Shown: piece after piece, positions 1 to 14,703 of the stretch | How positions within the stretch are numbered: position 1 is the first letter of the stretch | Layout of the letters: every line of letters starts with the position of its first letter | From: Squalus acanthias | Lineage: Eukaryota | Reading direction: 5' to 3' | Length of the DNA: 64,000 nucleotides | NCBI GenBank assembly: GCA_030390025.1 | Contig: CM059431.1 | Span: 112,532,001 to 112,596,000, forward strand | Program-made: the position numbers and the translations under genes | Notes under the pieces: model-generated | The model's input: the letters and a program-made list of their open reading frames with translations, nothing else | What the model was told of the DNA's origin: nothing | The model's database searches: none

Positions 1-44
1 GTCACTGTTCTTGAAGACTGTCATTTGTGGGGTCAAAAGACATT

Positions 45-2171
45 GGCCGGGAAATTGGAACCGTTTGTGCCGGCCGTTAAGGCCAGTTTGGAGGAAAAAA
101 TTGCGGCCGCCTCACATCCGCCTGCTTCCGGTGCGGAAGGCGGCGGCTGCCATTTTGGGCAGGTCGGCAGAGCTGCTGTTGCCTGCGCTTGCTTCAGATA
201 TTTAGATGAGCCAGATCATGACGTCAATCGGCGTGCAAGGCTGAATTGGCGCACTATCTGGTATTTTGGACGTCACCGCTCTAATTAACCATGGCAGAAC
301 GTGCGTGCAGCAGTACGACGGACCGACTGCCAGTGCTTCTTAAAGGGACACACGCAACCTACAGGTAAGTTTCGATTTTTGCTTTTATACTGGTTTCTTT
401 ACATTTTATTGGTGCAGTGGCTTGGTGTATTACATTTAAAAAGTCGTTAAAGTGTGCAGGGAGTGCTGCTGGGCGTTTGCAAGGCTTTGGCTCTTAAAGG
501 AAGGCCTCTGAGAACACCACTTGCTCCCAGTCCTGGAGGCTTTAGTTGCAGTCCCCCTTGAGCTGCAACATGACATGGAGATGGAGCAGAGGCAGCAAAG
601 GGGACACACTGCTCGCAGAGGGAGGAGGAGGAAGAGGAAAAAGCAGAAGAGAAAGAAGCAGAAGAGGAAGAAGCAGAAGGCGGAAACCCAGGCAGCCCCT
701 TTCTGGCCGGGATATCCGGGATCGAATCATCCGCCTGCGGTACCAGTGACAACAACCCCAATTCCCTTTTAAACATTTGTCCCACACCTTACCTTCCCTC
801 TGTTACTGACTATCACAGCGACCTCTTGGCCACAAGGCTGAAGTAAAAGCCACCATAAAGCAAACTTTCTGATCCAACTTTATCCATATATGCATCCAAT
901 ATTACATCAAGAAATCAACTAATCACCCTTGTGCATTCCCTTAGTGAGTGTCTTGCGTGTGCCTTTGCCTATCCTAGTGCTCTTAGGCAGTGCTACGTCA
1001 GTTGCTTCAGCATGGATGTTGGAAGGCTGCTGACTTTCAGTGTGGGACACTGCAGATGACCTTGTAGGACAACCTCAAGGAGCTGGTGGCTGGGAGTGTC
1101 AAATCGAGTGACGGTGTTTCTTCTTTTTCACTCTCCTCTCCCTCTTCTTGGTCAACCACTGGCTGGGAAGGCTGGATTTCTTGGGTGTCTGAAATGAGGA
1201 AGGCACAAGGTTAAGGTTGTGGTGAGGGGAGGGGCTAAAGAAAGAGGTGCATGCTTACACCATGTATAGCTTGTAAATCAGAAAAAATTGTGGATGAGGG
1301 AGAAGTGGGATGTGAGAAGGAGAATAGTGTATTTATTCTTTCAGCCCCGCCGCTGGCCAAGGGCTCAGCCATGCCCTTGCCAAGAATGGCCAGCACCATC
1401 TCCCCAAAGGGGGTGAGGTGGAGCTAGGAATATGAGGTGTGACTCGTGTTTGGTAAAGATTGTTGGTAGGTGAGTGATGGGGGGTCGTGCATTGAGCAGT
1501 GTGTGACGCTAGTGGTGCAGTTGGTAGGAGATGGCTTTTGAATATGCATTCACTGACCTTGACCACTCGTCTGAGGTCATGAAACTTCTTTGGGGACTGG
1601 AGCTGGGTCCTGGGGGCGACACTACTGGCAGTGACCGCCTCAGCGATCTGTTCCCACATCCTTCTTTCTGGAGCACCTCCTGGCCCCCTGTGGATAGAGG
1701 ACCTCTCTTGCAGTGTTCACTCCCTGCACAAAGCTGGAGTGCTGCGTCTGAGACCATGGGTGCCCTTTCCCAGGCCTGTTGAGCCATTTGTGTTCGTGCT
1801 GAAGCACTTGTACCATTTTTGATCAGCAGAAGGCAGCTCACCTTCAAGAGGTGCATACTGCCTAGTGCTGAAGCACTTCGAAATTTTTCCATCAGCAGAA
1901 GGCAGCTCACCTTTAAGAGGTGCAGACTGCCTTTAAGAGGAGCAGGCTAGCTTTAAGTAAAGCTAGGCTCGATTAAACAACACAAACTTCGGCCTCCTGC
2001 TGAGTGCACAGCCAGTCAGCAGCGCTTTCAGCACTAGGCTGTGCACTACAATCATTATAATTAGCAGGCAGCATGAAGTATTCATGCTGCTTAAGCTTTT
2101 TGAATGGGCCCGGGCATATCTCGCATCACATTGCTCATGCCCGTTTTTTAGTAGTATTGAATTTCTAGACC
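45..2171. mobile_element. Non-autonomous PIF/Harbinger-type DNA transposon (deletion derivative) with a degenerate Myb/SANT-like exon
   Basis: Imperfect TIRs ggccgggaaatt / aatttctagacc. Frameshifted minus-strand Myb/SANT-like exon at 1558-1787 (MAQQAWERAP...WEQIAEAVTASS...KKFHDLRRVVK|gt). Plus-strand remnant ending ...RDIRDRIIRLRYQ* at 749. Colinear in inverted orientation with the copy at 59168-61304. No matching TSD found. Confidence 0.75.
1558..1787 (-). pseudogene. Frameshifted Myb/SANT-like DNA-binding exon of the Harbinger-type element
   Basis: ATG at 1785-1787. The W-x-x-I-A...K-K-F-H-D-L trihelix pattern is split across ORFs 1509..1910 and 1333..1659. GT donor follows VVK. Confidence 0.7.
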
Positions 2172-2319
2172 AGAATCTGTTATTAAATGGTTACTGATAA
2201 CATTTCTAAATATCACGTAGCTCATAAATCATAGGGAACAATGGCGTCTGATAAAATGAATTACTAAGTGGTACTGCGGCATATGTAACCCATCAACACG
2301 AAGGAGTAGGCTTTCACTC

Positions 2320-2920
2320 ATCCATGCCTTTGTTACCTCTAGACTTGACTATTTCAATGCTTTCCTGGCCAGCCTCCCATCTTCCACCCCTCTATAAACT
2401 TGAGCTCATCCAAAACTCTGCTGCTCATATCTTATCTTGCAGCAAGTCCCAATCACCCATCACCCATGTGATTGCTGACCTACACTGGCTCCTGGTCTGA
2501 CAGCGCCTCAATTTTAAAATCTTCATCCTTGTTTTCAAATGCCTCCATGGCCTTGCCCCTCCCTATCTCTGCAACCTACTCCAGCCCTACAAGTCTTCGA
2601 GATCTCTGCGCCCCTCCAATTCTGGCATCTTGTGCATCCCTGATTTTAATCGCTCCACCATTGGTGGCTGTGCTTTCAGCTGCCAAAGCCCTAAGCTCTG
2701 GAATTCCCGCCCTAAAGCTCTCCGCCTCTCTACCTCTCTCTCCGCCTTTAAGATGCTCCTGAAAACATGCCTCTTTGACTAAGCTTTTGGTCATCTGTTC
2801 TGATATCTCCTTTTGTGGCTCAGGTCAAATTTTTATTGATAACGCTCTTGTTAAGCGTCTTGGGACGTCTTGCTACACTAAAGGCACTATATAAATGCAA
2901 ACTGTTGTTGCTGTTGTTGT
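2320..2920 (+). mobile_element. L2-type LINE 3' fragment
   Basis: Degenerate RT C-terminal sequence (IQNSAA...HITP.L.DLHWL-like), followed by a 3' UTR ending tatataaatgcaa and a (tgt)n tail. Confidence 0.7.
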
Positions 2921-2974
2921 ATTGTTATAACCGACCAGCCACAAGTTGTTTATGCAGTTTGTACCGTATATTTG

Positions 2975-3410
2975 TTTTATTCGTTCATGGGATGTGGGCG
3001 TTGCTGGCAAGGCCAGCATTTATTGCCCATCCCTAATTACCCTTGAGAAGGTGGTGGTGAGCCGCCTTCTTGAACCGCTGCAGTCCGTGTGGTGAAGGTA
3101 CTCCCACAGTGCTGTTAGGGAAGGAATTCCAGGATTTTGACCCAGCGACGATGAAGGATCGGCCGATATACTTCTTAAGTCAGGATGGTGTGTGACTTGG
3201 AGGGGAATTTGGAGGTGGTGGTGTTCCCACGCGCCTGCTGCCCTTGTCCTTCTAGGTGGAAGAGGTCGCGGGTTTGGGAGGTGCTGCCGAAGAAGCCTTG
3301 GTGAGTTGCTGCAGTGCATCTTGTAGATGGTACACACTGCAGCCACGATGCACCGGTGGTGTAGGGAGTGAATGTTTAAGGTGGTAGATGGGGTGCCAAT
3401 CAAGTGGGCC
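2975..3410 (-). mobile_element. CR1-group LINE 3' end
   Basis: ORF NIHSLHHRC.VAAVCTIYKMHCSNSPRLLRQHLPNP. Same 3' tail (gggatgggcaataaatgctggcc) as the repeats at ~32015 and ~53530. Confidence 0.7.
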
Positions 3411-6400
3411 CTCTCTAATATAATTGAATGAACATATCGCCCTAATTCAGTGATTGTACACTTGTATTGCTGACTTACATGATGGTCTGAAAAACAGTTA
3501 ATAAAATGTTACTTTCAGAATTATTGGTGGTCAAAAGGCAGGTTTTGTTAGAATGGAAATTGGATATTCCAATATTGGGAGCCCAGTGGGATAGTATTAA
3601 TCTGGAAAGAGTGGTATGTAATGATACAGTGAGGTATCCAGCATTGAGAGCCGTCTGAGGGAGGTCAAAGGATATGTTTGTGTTAAGGAAGATAAAACAC
3701 AAGAAGAGAGGACTGCGTAGAATACAACCACATTAGACGCCCTTATAATGCAAAGTGATGGAAGAAACCAAGAAATTAATACTTTTATCTTTGTGTGAAG
3801 GAGGTTTAAGCTGTTAAAAAAAGTTTTTTATTTTGTTTATTCAATTACTATCCTTTCTTTGTAAGGCATCAGGAGAGATTCATATAATGACCTTTTTTTG
3901 AAAAATGTAGGGATGCTCATAGGTCACGTGATATCACCGAGTTTGCTTCCAGATGAAAATAGAAAATGTGATTATTGGATTTTGTTATAATTATCACTAC
4001 TTTGTAGAACAGTTTATTTTTGAATGGTTTCACAATAGTTTTGTTAAGCTGACCTCGACACCCCCCCCGCCCCCCCTACAATCCAGAAGCTCTATCTTTT
4101 CATGAACTTTTACTTGCATTACTCAGGAATAACAACTGGAATTTATGTAGTTTCATTACTACACTGCACAGTCTCTTCAGAAATGGTAGCAATTAATTTT
4201 TACCGGATAAGCAACTAAAATATTTACATACGAATTCAATGGAAATATGAAGCACAAAAGAATTTGGCAAATGCTATTGAGTACAAATATTAGGTATAAC
4301 AAGCAAAGTCTTTATTGGGTTCATTATTCTTTTGGAAAATTTCCTTCGGATATGAACAAAGTGTCTGGGTTAGCTGTCCCGTTTCAGTCTCAGTGTCGAT
4401 TAAAACTGAACGGCGATGTACCTACTACAAGCCTTGTGTCTGACCAAATCTCAAAGCAAAATATGAACTATTGACCTAAAAATAACTTGCAATTTTTGGG
4501 ATGCCAGAGTTGGTTGAAGAAATTTCAAATGGTTACATTCCTGGCACATGTTTGTTCTTGTATGTAGTTAAATGTTTCCCTTGAGAACTTCCACTACCTG
4601 CTGTAATGCTAGACCTCCTATGATGTGCCACTTTTGAATTGTCAAACAGATTAAAACAAGGCAAATGGCACTTTTGGAATTCAGTCATGCTTTATGGTCA
4701 GTAAGAACAAGCCCTTTATATTTATCATGCATATATGTCCATCATCACCATATTAGGCCGCAGTACTTTAAACTACGATATAAATTCACCTATGATAGTG
4801 AACGAGAATGAGCCCTCTACATTCCTGCTTCATATATGGGTGGCAGAACAGCTCAGGTGAGATCAGGGCCCAACACAATGAGGACCTATAAGCAGATCCG
4901 TAAAAGGGTGTCATGACATGAAAAAGCCCACCACAGACATGCTACGTATTATGAAATGTCAAAAAGGGCAGATTAGAGCATGGTGGATCTGCTGTGCTAT
5001 GCCAGCCTCTTTGCATTGTTTCGCCGTTAACTACCTTGTGGCAGCAAAAAGATATTTTCCCCCACTGGCCATCTACTATCACCTCCGATGCCCCACTCAT
5101 TAAATTTGGCTTTCAAAATTGCAAACTGAGCCATAACTCCAACATTCTGCTTTCCCTTGTGCACACCACAGCTGGGTGAATCTAATATTCACTAGTTATA
5201 CGAGTGAAGTGGTCATTTCTATGCATGAAAAGTGTGAACGCACATTATCATGGGGTCATTGTGATTGGTCGGTTTTTCTGCCATTCCTACTATTGAATTT
5301 GTATTTCATAAAATTCCCTGAAGAATCGTGACCAGCTGTCATCTAGATGCTAAAACCTACTATTATAGCATTAAAATCTATTTCATACCAAAAGAGGAAA
5401 ATATTCCCCTTTCGTTCTAAAGTTTAAAACAAATATAAATCAACTATTCTGAATCATATTCCTGGCTAATGTTCATTTGGAGTTAAATCATTTTGGATGA
5501 AATACAGTTCACAGATGCTGACCTATTAATAGTATAGAAAATATTCTCTTATCATTTAGTAGCATTTTCTTTAGTGTTGGCAAACTGAATCAAGATTATG
5601 CAATATTTCTTTTCCTGTTACAAGACTGAAATTTAAAACATCTGCCAAAATAGCTTCAGATTTTTTAGGCAATGCAATTCAACTTGTTCAACATTTCTAC
5701 TTTTATCTTTTTGTATTCTACGAATTTGCGATCATCAATATGAAAAAAAATGAAATATTTCAAAGGAAAAGGTGCAGCACAGTTGAAAAGCCCAAGGAAA
5801 CCCAAGCTTACCTTGAAGGATAGGAAAGTATGATGGGGAATACTTTCAATGCGGAGTACTTACTGACATTTATACAATGCAACATATATGTCACTAAACC
5901 TTTATTTGAAAGAGGCACAGTCTTGCTCATTGATAAGGGAGATAAGCAGAAGTCACAAAAATAATGTCAGATGCAACAATAAAATGATCTTTTCACAATG
6001 CAGTGTTTAATTGTGATTAAGTGTGATAGAATCAGTTTGCATACACCAGAAAGTGACTAGCCAGACACATTTTTGTAAAGACACTTGTCATTGAAATCTC
6101 ATTGTTTTAAAAGTGTTTAATAAAACAGAAATGACAGTTGAGTTTGTGCACTTCAAAGACATTATATATATACTGTATATTGAAAGGCTCACGGTTAATA
6201 GTTTATCTCTTCTGATATGATCAAGAGTGAAAGTATCACTTTAACCTTCACCGCCTGAGCAGTAAGCTGGCGGAGCGGATCGCCACAAATTATAGGACCC
6301 GCCTGAGTTTCACTTTGCCAGATTATTCCAACCGTAATCACCCATTGAATAAAGAAGTTATAAAATATTTGTTTTAAGTTTACTTTTCATTCATTTTAAT

Positions 6401-7745
6401 TTATGTTCTCTGATCCTAATCTTTGAATTACTATTCTGGGTTTATTTTCTCTATCCCGGTAGATAGTTTAATGAAATTATTTGATCATCATCTTCAAGAG
6501 ATACATACTGTTCAGCTAATGCATTAATGTTAGAAAACAGTCCAAGACAAAAGCAAGTTTCTATGTTTTGTAATGAATGTTGAAACCTTCTCTTGTCTCT
6601 CGCCTTCGTTTTAAATGCTTCAATTAACATATAATAAAGATTCTTTGCTGCAGTAAATGTAAGCAAATGATACATCAGATTTCCCACAACAAAACTTCTA
6701 TTTAGTACTTTACTACCATGATTAACATGATGTAATTAGTTAAAATCAAGCTGAAAGAGAAGTGACATCAGAAGTATTTAATTTAAGCAACACTGTTTAA
6801 TTATTAAATTGCAATGATCTAGCCGATACATTGTGCATTGTAGTTTTACAAACAGTATGGCTCCTCTTCAGTGTCCCTGTACCTCCTTTCACCAATGAGA
6901 GATCACAAAGCTCAGCTTTAGTCGCATCATTCAAATGAATGAGAACTGTTGTTTGACCAACCATGATTGTTTTCCCCTATTAACTTAGTACTGGGGGTCC
7001 CTTGCATTAAGTCAAAGTTCTCAATTGCATCTAGATTTCTGCCAACCCACACTGTTCTACATGGTCCACAGTCATGGCTGGGAATAAATTCAATATGCTA
7101 CTGATTTACCACACTGTTTGATCAATGAGCATCCTAAATGCCTGACTGGATACTAGCAACTGATTTATATTTTTTCAGTTTCTTAACATATATTAAATAA
7201 AAACACATACGTCTACAAATAAGCATACAACAGCTGAGCACACAATCAATCTGGCCTGCCCCTCTTGCTGGCTGCTTCGTAAATAAAAAGCTCACTCTCT
7301 CCACTTGCACAGCAGCTGTGGGAATGAGACAAGATATTTACAGCAGCTGTCTCAAAGGTGCAGTGCCACTGGAATTCCCATTCTATAAACCACAAGTTAC
7401 TGTGTACAAACAGAGGCTAGTTCAAACTGTCAAGGCTGGCAGTGGAAATATAAGCGTGTTAAAATGTTTCAAATTAAAATACTTTGGACTGATTTAAAGA
7501 TGCGATTGTCACAGTACATTTTTGCATCTTATTTATACTTCTGAAACTATTCAAAACTGTATCCAGCATGAAGCTAGAAAAATTTTCCACTGTCACATTT
7601 ATTTCTCCAACATGACTGCAGTTTGTGTATAGACATTTCCAGATTGCGAACTGTTTTTTTTTAACATGATCTTTTCCATTTTCACCCTTCCACTTTGTCT
7701 TGCCCTCCTTGCACAATATCCTGTGAAGAGCAGTTGGCCAGATTG

Positions 7746-8011
7746 GGGGCGATTTTAACCCTCCTCGCTCAGCAGAAACCTGGTGGGTGGGCAGTTAAAA
7801 TCGCCCTGGCTCTTACCTGTCCGAAAGCCGCCCATGAGCGCAACATCTGCAATTTTAACCTGCTCTCCTGAGCAGACAGCAAGGACACGCTCCCGGAGCC
7901 AACAGGGTCCTTCTTTACCTATGCATGTTGTGGCCCGATGACATAATTGAGACCCGACTGGAATTTTACTCAGGCCTGCGCAGGGAATCCACTTGGAGTT
8001 AAAACTGGGGC
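7746..8011. mobile_element. Short MITE with Harbinger-like ends
   Basis: Ends ggggcgattttaac ... gttaaaactggggc; GC-rich island in the AT-rich region downstream of KCTD12. Confidence 0.45.
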
Positions 8012-10457
8012 AATGCCATTCTGTCAGCAGTTATTTAAGTGGTGCCTGAGAATAACTCTTCACCCTTCCTTCCCTGTGGACCTCTACTCGATATCTTCCC
8101 ACACAACTCAGCTAAAATAGGGAATGCTCAGTGTGAGAAATGAGGGCGGGCAAATTTATCCACATTGTACCACTCTGCCAGAAAATCATACTCGATAATG
8201 CCTTTTTTAATATGACATTTGATTTCCTTCCTTGTCTTGAAATAGATTCTGATTTCTTTAAATTTTATTGATTAGCAGTTAATAATGATCAATCTGCAGG
8301 ATCCTACTTCAAAAATCAATGCGCAAAAATTGACTGTTCTGTCAATTTTAGTACACTACTTTCACTGTTCTTTACTAGGAGCCAAATGTATTTTGGTCGC
8401 TGAATTGAAGAGAATCTCAGAGTTCATTATATTCCTGTATGTTTTTTAGCTAATGTGTACTGAATAATAACTGTGAAAAATAAATCAGCACTAACTCTAG
8501 GATTTACCGCAAAATCTGCTGTAAATCTCAAAGGTTTTGCAGGTTTTATGACTTGCAAACTCAGGGGTGCAACTTAGAAATGTTATCAGTCAATAGTAAA
8601 AATGCTCGGTGCACTGGAATTTGCCTAAAGAGTCGATCTAACTTGACAATGAGTAGCTGAGTCTTAAAACCAGGGAAGTCTGAAGTTTAATCCCTGGTCT
8701 CTTCTGAGTTGGTCAATCTAACTCGGCTCTGATACCCTCCCTGGTTGACTGCTAACACTCACTGCCAAGGCTCACAGAAGAATAATGCTCACTTGGGTTG
8801 AGCTGTTGAACCTTAGCCCAGCAAGGAGTCAACACAATCAGTAACGGAGAGATGAAAGAAAATTGGCAGAGAAAAACTGGCCAGAAAAAGAAAATCCTGT
8901 TAGTGATCCAGAACCAATGTTTTTTTTAAAATGATGTTTTCTGATTTTCAAGTAAATGGTCTCGGAACTGTAATTCCACAAAAGTTCAGAATTCTCTTGG
9001 TAATTTCTGAATTTTTTCCAATTTTTCTCTTGAGCTCCTATCTTTTCACGATAGACTTCTACTCCTTAACCATTTGCTTTCTTCCACTTGTTTTATTTAA
9101 CTTTTAATTCCACTTGTTAATCGTTTCCTTTTAAGGACTGGGCAGTTCCTTTTTCTACAGTCTTACATTTGCTATTTCTTTGGCACACAACAGAATATTT
9201 GCTGCTTTTTACAACTAAAAAATAGCAGGTCCCAAACACTAAACTAGTGCGTCATTTGCCCCGGGCTTTAAATAAAAACAAGAACCCAATGGTGTGATTT
9301 AAATAGTTGACTGCAATAGAACCCATGCCACTAGCTTATTCATAATGGGAGTTGCTGAGTCCTCTTGTGATATGCTTCATCTACAGCAAACATTAAATGA
9401 GGAAGGGAAACTTCCTGTTTGATATATGGAACCTTTTGCACTTCTACACAAAATGACTTCGGTTCTGTACTGAAAAAGTAACACAGTGAAACAGAATGTG
9501 GAAATTTACTGTCAGGGTCATGCTTAAAGGGGGGGAAAACATCAAATTATTAAAATCATATCCAATGTCGAGAGTGACTGCCCAGAATGTCTAAGTTTAA
9601 TCTTTGCTAATGCAATTTTCAAAATGGCAGACAAAAATTGAGAGGAGTTCAGGCTAGTTCAGGCAATGAAAGTCGTAAGACACACTCCAAGTCTAATATC
9701 AATCCAGTCAAAACACAACAGGGGCAGATTACCTTTGCATGTTTATAAACTTACAAATTGGTCACACATAATCTACGGTGGAAAGCTTCCCTCAATCTTT
9801 TTTTTCTTATGGAGTCAGATTTTATACCAGACTTGGGGTTTAAACAGAATACTGAATGACAAGCAATTGCCTGTGGAATTCACCGCACTGATCATGGGCA
9901 CCTACAAGAACATGCCCCTCTCCCCTGAACAGCAATGATACCCTTTTGGTGCACTGACTGATCTCTAGAGACTGTGTGGAGAAGTTAGTGACCAGAACCC
10001 ACACTGTAATCAATTAAACAAATGAGACTGCTGAATAACAAACATTTATTCATGTTGTGCACCTCCATACCAGTGGTATAAAATTACTTAATGTCATCGC
10101 TCTGTGCTGTTGATTGTTTCTTATCAGAATCACTAAAATAACATATCTGAACCAGGAAGTTTCCAACACTTTATTTCGACTGTTATCTTGCGCGCTACAT
10201 TTGGATGCATCTGGTCCATTAGTTGGCATACCTGCTTAAAGTAAAGTCCAACCACGCCATTGAGTGGCCTCACTACACTGTTCTACCATAGTACTCACAC
10301 AGAAAAAGGTTAAGAAAAGATCCATTCTGGCGCAGTGGCCAGTCACATATCCTCCAGCTCATTCGAACAGGACAGGCAACACGGCATTGAAGAGAGAGGT
10401 CTGTCTATTAAAGAAAGCTCGCTCCTGTGGTCTCCTGGACAGACTGGCTCGGTGAGT

Positions 10458-11450
<993 letters not shown>

Positions 11451-12554
11451 TTAGCAAATCAACAAGTTGGAAGGAGAGACTGACAATGTCCCTCTCCATC
11501 AGTCGGGGGAAAGTCTGAACTCTGAATCTATTCGCACACAACATGTAGGAGGTAACGACTGGAACTTTCACTGGTTGTGTTGTTCTTTGTACTGCTGTTT
11601 TACAAAGTAGTTTGACTGCATGTGAGCAACTGTCCCAAACATAAATCGAGTCGCTATAATATTACCAAACCCTGAACTTCTCTTTAACTCTCTGTGGATC
11701 GTTTCCGATCACATCTACGGGAGTGGGAAGATCACCTTTTCTCGTCTCGGTTTTGTTGAAATAGGTTAACGGTTGCTTCATCGTTTAATAACAAAATATA
11801 TATATATATTTAAATGTTTAACGAGTCTGCAAAGCACATGTGGATTAACAATCCCCGTGATTATTCGGCGAGGTTGCACCTTTTTTTTTAATGCCTTGTC
11901 TGGTTATAGAATGCAACCATTAAAAGCAATAACCGAACCGCAGTGGTGTGAACTCTTGGTCAAGAGTCATCCCGGATAAGCGTTAAGTAAAAGTGAGGAC
12001 GAGAGCCACGAGTTTGCGGCGCCTTTATAGATCATTGCTATAAAATGCAAAGATGAAATGTACGGAAACGATTGCAACTTCGCCCATTATCACATGCATT
12101 CCAGGTTTCATGTTATGACGAAGAATTGTGCTGAGCCTCTGGTATTTGGCGTTTGCAAGAGGCGTCCTTTACAATGCTTCATTCTTAAGTGCGAGGATGC
12201 AATTCACACTGTCTATATAACAACTTCAATCCAGATTGGATCGTTTAAATATCTATGTTTTTGTTAGTTGCACAAATTTGCAGCGAGTCGCCCGTTCCTT
12301 CCCCGTGTATTTTGTTTTATGTTAACGTGAGCAGCTCGAGTTTTACGAGACTCTTTTATGTCAAACTGATTTTTTTTCCCCTTAAACCCGAAACGTGCGA
12401 AAAGTAAGTGTTTCTCTTTTCACCACAGTTAACCCCGATAATTTCAGAGGCTTCCAAACGGTAATACCATTGAATTTCTAATACTGGACACAATTTCAGG
12501 CTCCCCTTGTCTCCACCTCCCGCCAGAAAGCTCCGTGTTTATGATGGAGGCTGT

Positions 12555-12570
12555 GGGCCCTCTAGTGGAT
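12555..12570 (-). promoter_or_regulatory. Candidate CTCF site
   Basis: Minus strand TCCACTAGAGGGCCC matches the CTCF core CCAC/GYAGRGGGC. Confidence 0.35.
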
Positions 12571-13189
12571 TTAAAAACATGGGGCAAGCTTTAAGGAACC
12601 AGTGAAAAGGTTCAATGGAAAGAAAATCAAGTTGGTTCTGTTAGCAGCGTGCGATGCTCCTTTGTCAGATGTTCCTTCCTGCACTCCGCCCAGATGATGC
12701 TTAACGCCCGGTCAGTAAAGGCGGATATCGACCCCAATGTCTCTCCATAGTATTGTAAGAATTAAATGTAAATAATTAGATGCCTTGCTCACTGCTCTCA
12801 CTCATTTTGTTTCCATGGGTGTATCTTGAAATTGGTTTGTTGCTGTAACATATTCTTCAGATAAACTGTAGCTAAACAAGGAAACCTCCATACAGCCTGC
12901 AGCAGAATGCTTATTGAAAGTCATCTCTCCAGGTCAGCCAACCCAGGATGCTCAGATAGCTTGCTTCAGTAGATCAAACACAAGTCTGCTTCGCCATTTT
13001 TACAGACTAACGACAGAACTAATCAGTGCCAGAATCCCAATCTTCAGTATTGCTAAATTGATGGAATACTGATTTTAGATTTACTTTAAAACACACTAAT
13101 GGAACATTCTCTGTTGAACTTGCCTGCAATCTATGTACCCATTTCAAAAGTGGCATATTGCTAATTACTTAGAATCATATCATCGTCAC

Positions 13190-14703
13190 ACAAATTTACA
13201 GCACGGAAGGAGGCCATTCGGCCCATCTTGTCCGTGCCGGCTGACAAAGAGCTATCCAGCCTAATCCCACTTTCCAGCACGTGGTCCATATCCTTGTAGG
13301 TTACGGCACTTCAAGTGCATATCCAAGTATTTTTTAAATGTGATGAGGATTTCTGCCTCTACCACCCTTTCAGGCAGTGAGTTCCAGACCCCCACCACCC
13401 TCTGGGTGAAAAAACTTCTCCTCAAATCCCCTCTAAACCTCCGACCAATTACTTTAAATCTATGCCCCCTGGTTATTGACCCTTCTGCTAAGGGAAATAG
13501 GTCCTTCCTGTCCACTCTATCTAGGCCCCTCATAATTTTATACACCTCAATTAGGATTCCCCTCAGCCTCCTCTGTTCCAAAGAAAACAACCCCAGCCTA
13601 TCCAATCTTTCCTCATAGCTAAAATTCACCAGCCCAGGCAACATCCTCGTAAATCTCCTCTGCAATTACATCCTTCCTGTAATGTGGTGACCAGAACTGC
13701 ACGTAGTATTCTAGCTGCGGCCTAACTAGTGTTTTATACAATTCAAGCATAACCTCCCTGCTCTTATACTCTATCCCTCGGCTAATAAAGGTGAGCATCC
13801 CGTATGCCTTCTTAACCATCTTATCTACCTGGCCTGCTACCTTCAGGGATCTGTGGACATGCACTCCAAGGTCCCTCTGATCCTCTCCACTTCTCAAGGC
13901 TGGATTTTGCCAGCCCTGGGGAGGCGGGTTTGGAGGCGGGACTGCCGGGAAAATGGCAGAATTTGGGGGCGGGTGCCCAACCCGCCCCCAACCCGCCTCC
14001 GTGCCATCTTGCCAGGAGGCGGGTAGCCATCCCGCGCTGGGTCCCGTCTCCTTGGAGGCGGGAAGGGATTACAGCCACTTAACTGCCTGTTAACAGGTAG
14101 TTAACAGGCAGATAAGAGGATTATCCCCATTTTGCCGACACAAGTGCGGGCTTCCCGAAGGCTCTGAACCCCGCCAGGGTCACCGAGGTGAGCAGTGGGT
14201 CTGCGGGGTTTGGAGGGGTCCAAAAGTGTGCTGTGAAGGTAAGTGATGGGTGCAAGTGTGGAGAGGTGAGTATCTGAGGTAAGTGGAAAGTGTTAGAAAA
14301 AGTGTACTTACCTTTGTTTCTTCCTGCAGGCTTCAATCGGTGGGTATGCGGAGAGTCTCGCACCTCCGCGGCAGAGATGACAGATGAAACGACATACAAG
14401 GGTTTAACAAGGTCAATCAAGGGAAAACAGCGTGGGTTGGCCAGAAGTTGATGGAGGCGGGACTGAAACCCGACAAGTGGGAGTCCCGCCTCCAAAAGCT
14501 CCCCATTGGCAAAATCCAGCCCTCAGTGTCCTACCATTTATAGTGTATTCCCTTGCCTTGTTAGCCCTCCCCAAATGCATTACCTCACACTTCTCCAGAT
14601 TGAATTCCATTTGCCTTGTTCTGCGCACCAGACCAGTACATTGATATCTTCCTGCAGTCCACAGCTTTCTTCTTCATTATCAACCACACGGCCAATTTTT
14701 GTA
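13190..14703 (-). mobile_element. CR1 LINE 3' fragment, interrupted by a MITE
   Basis: ORFs QMEFNLEKCEVMHLGR, LYKTLVRPQLEYYVQFWSPHYRKD, QRRFTRMLPGL..YEERLDRLGLFSLE, FFTQRVVGVWNSLP. Confidence 0.9.
13897..14522. mobile_element. Harbinger-type MITE inserted in the CR1 fragment
   Basis: TIRs aggctggattttgcc / ggcaaaatccagccc. 3-bp TSD TCA (13894-13896 and 14523-14525). The CR1 sequence resumes across the insertion. Confidence 0.85.

Noticed and set aside
5880..6230. AT-rich segment with a minus-strand AATAAA (~5900), a possible distal KCTD12 poly(A) site
   Set aside because: Several closer AATAAA hexamers exist (~10045, ~10170, ~9092); cannot choose without transcript data.
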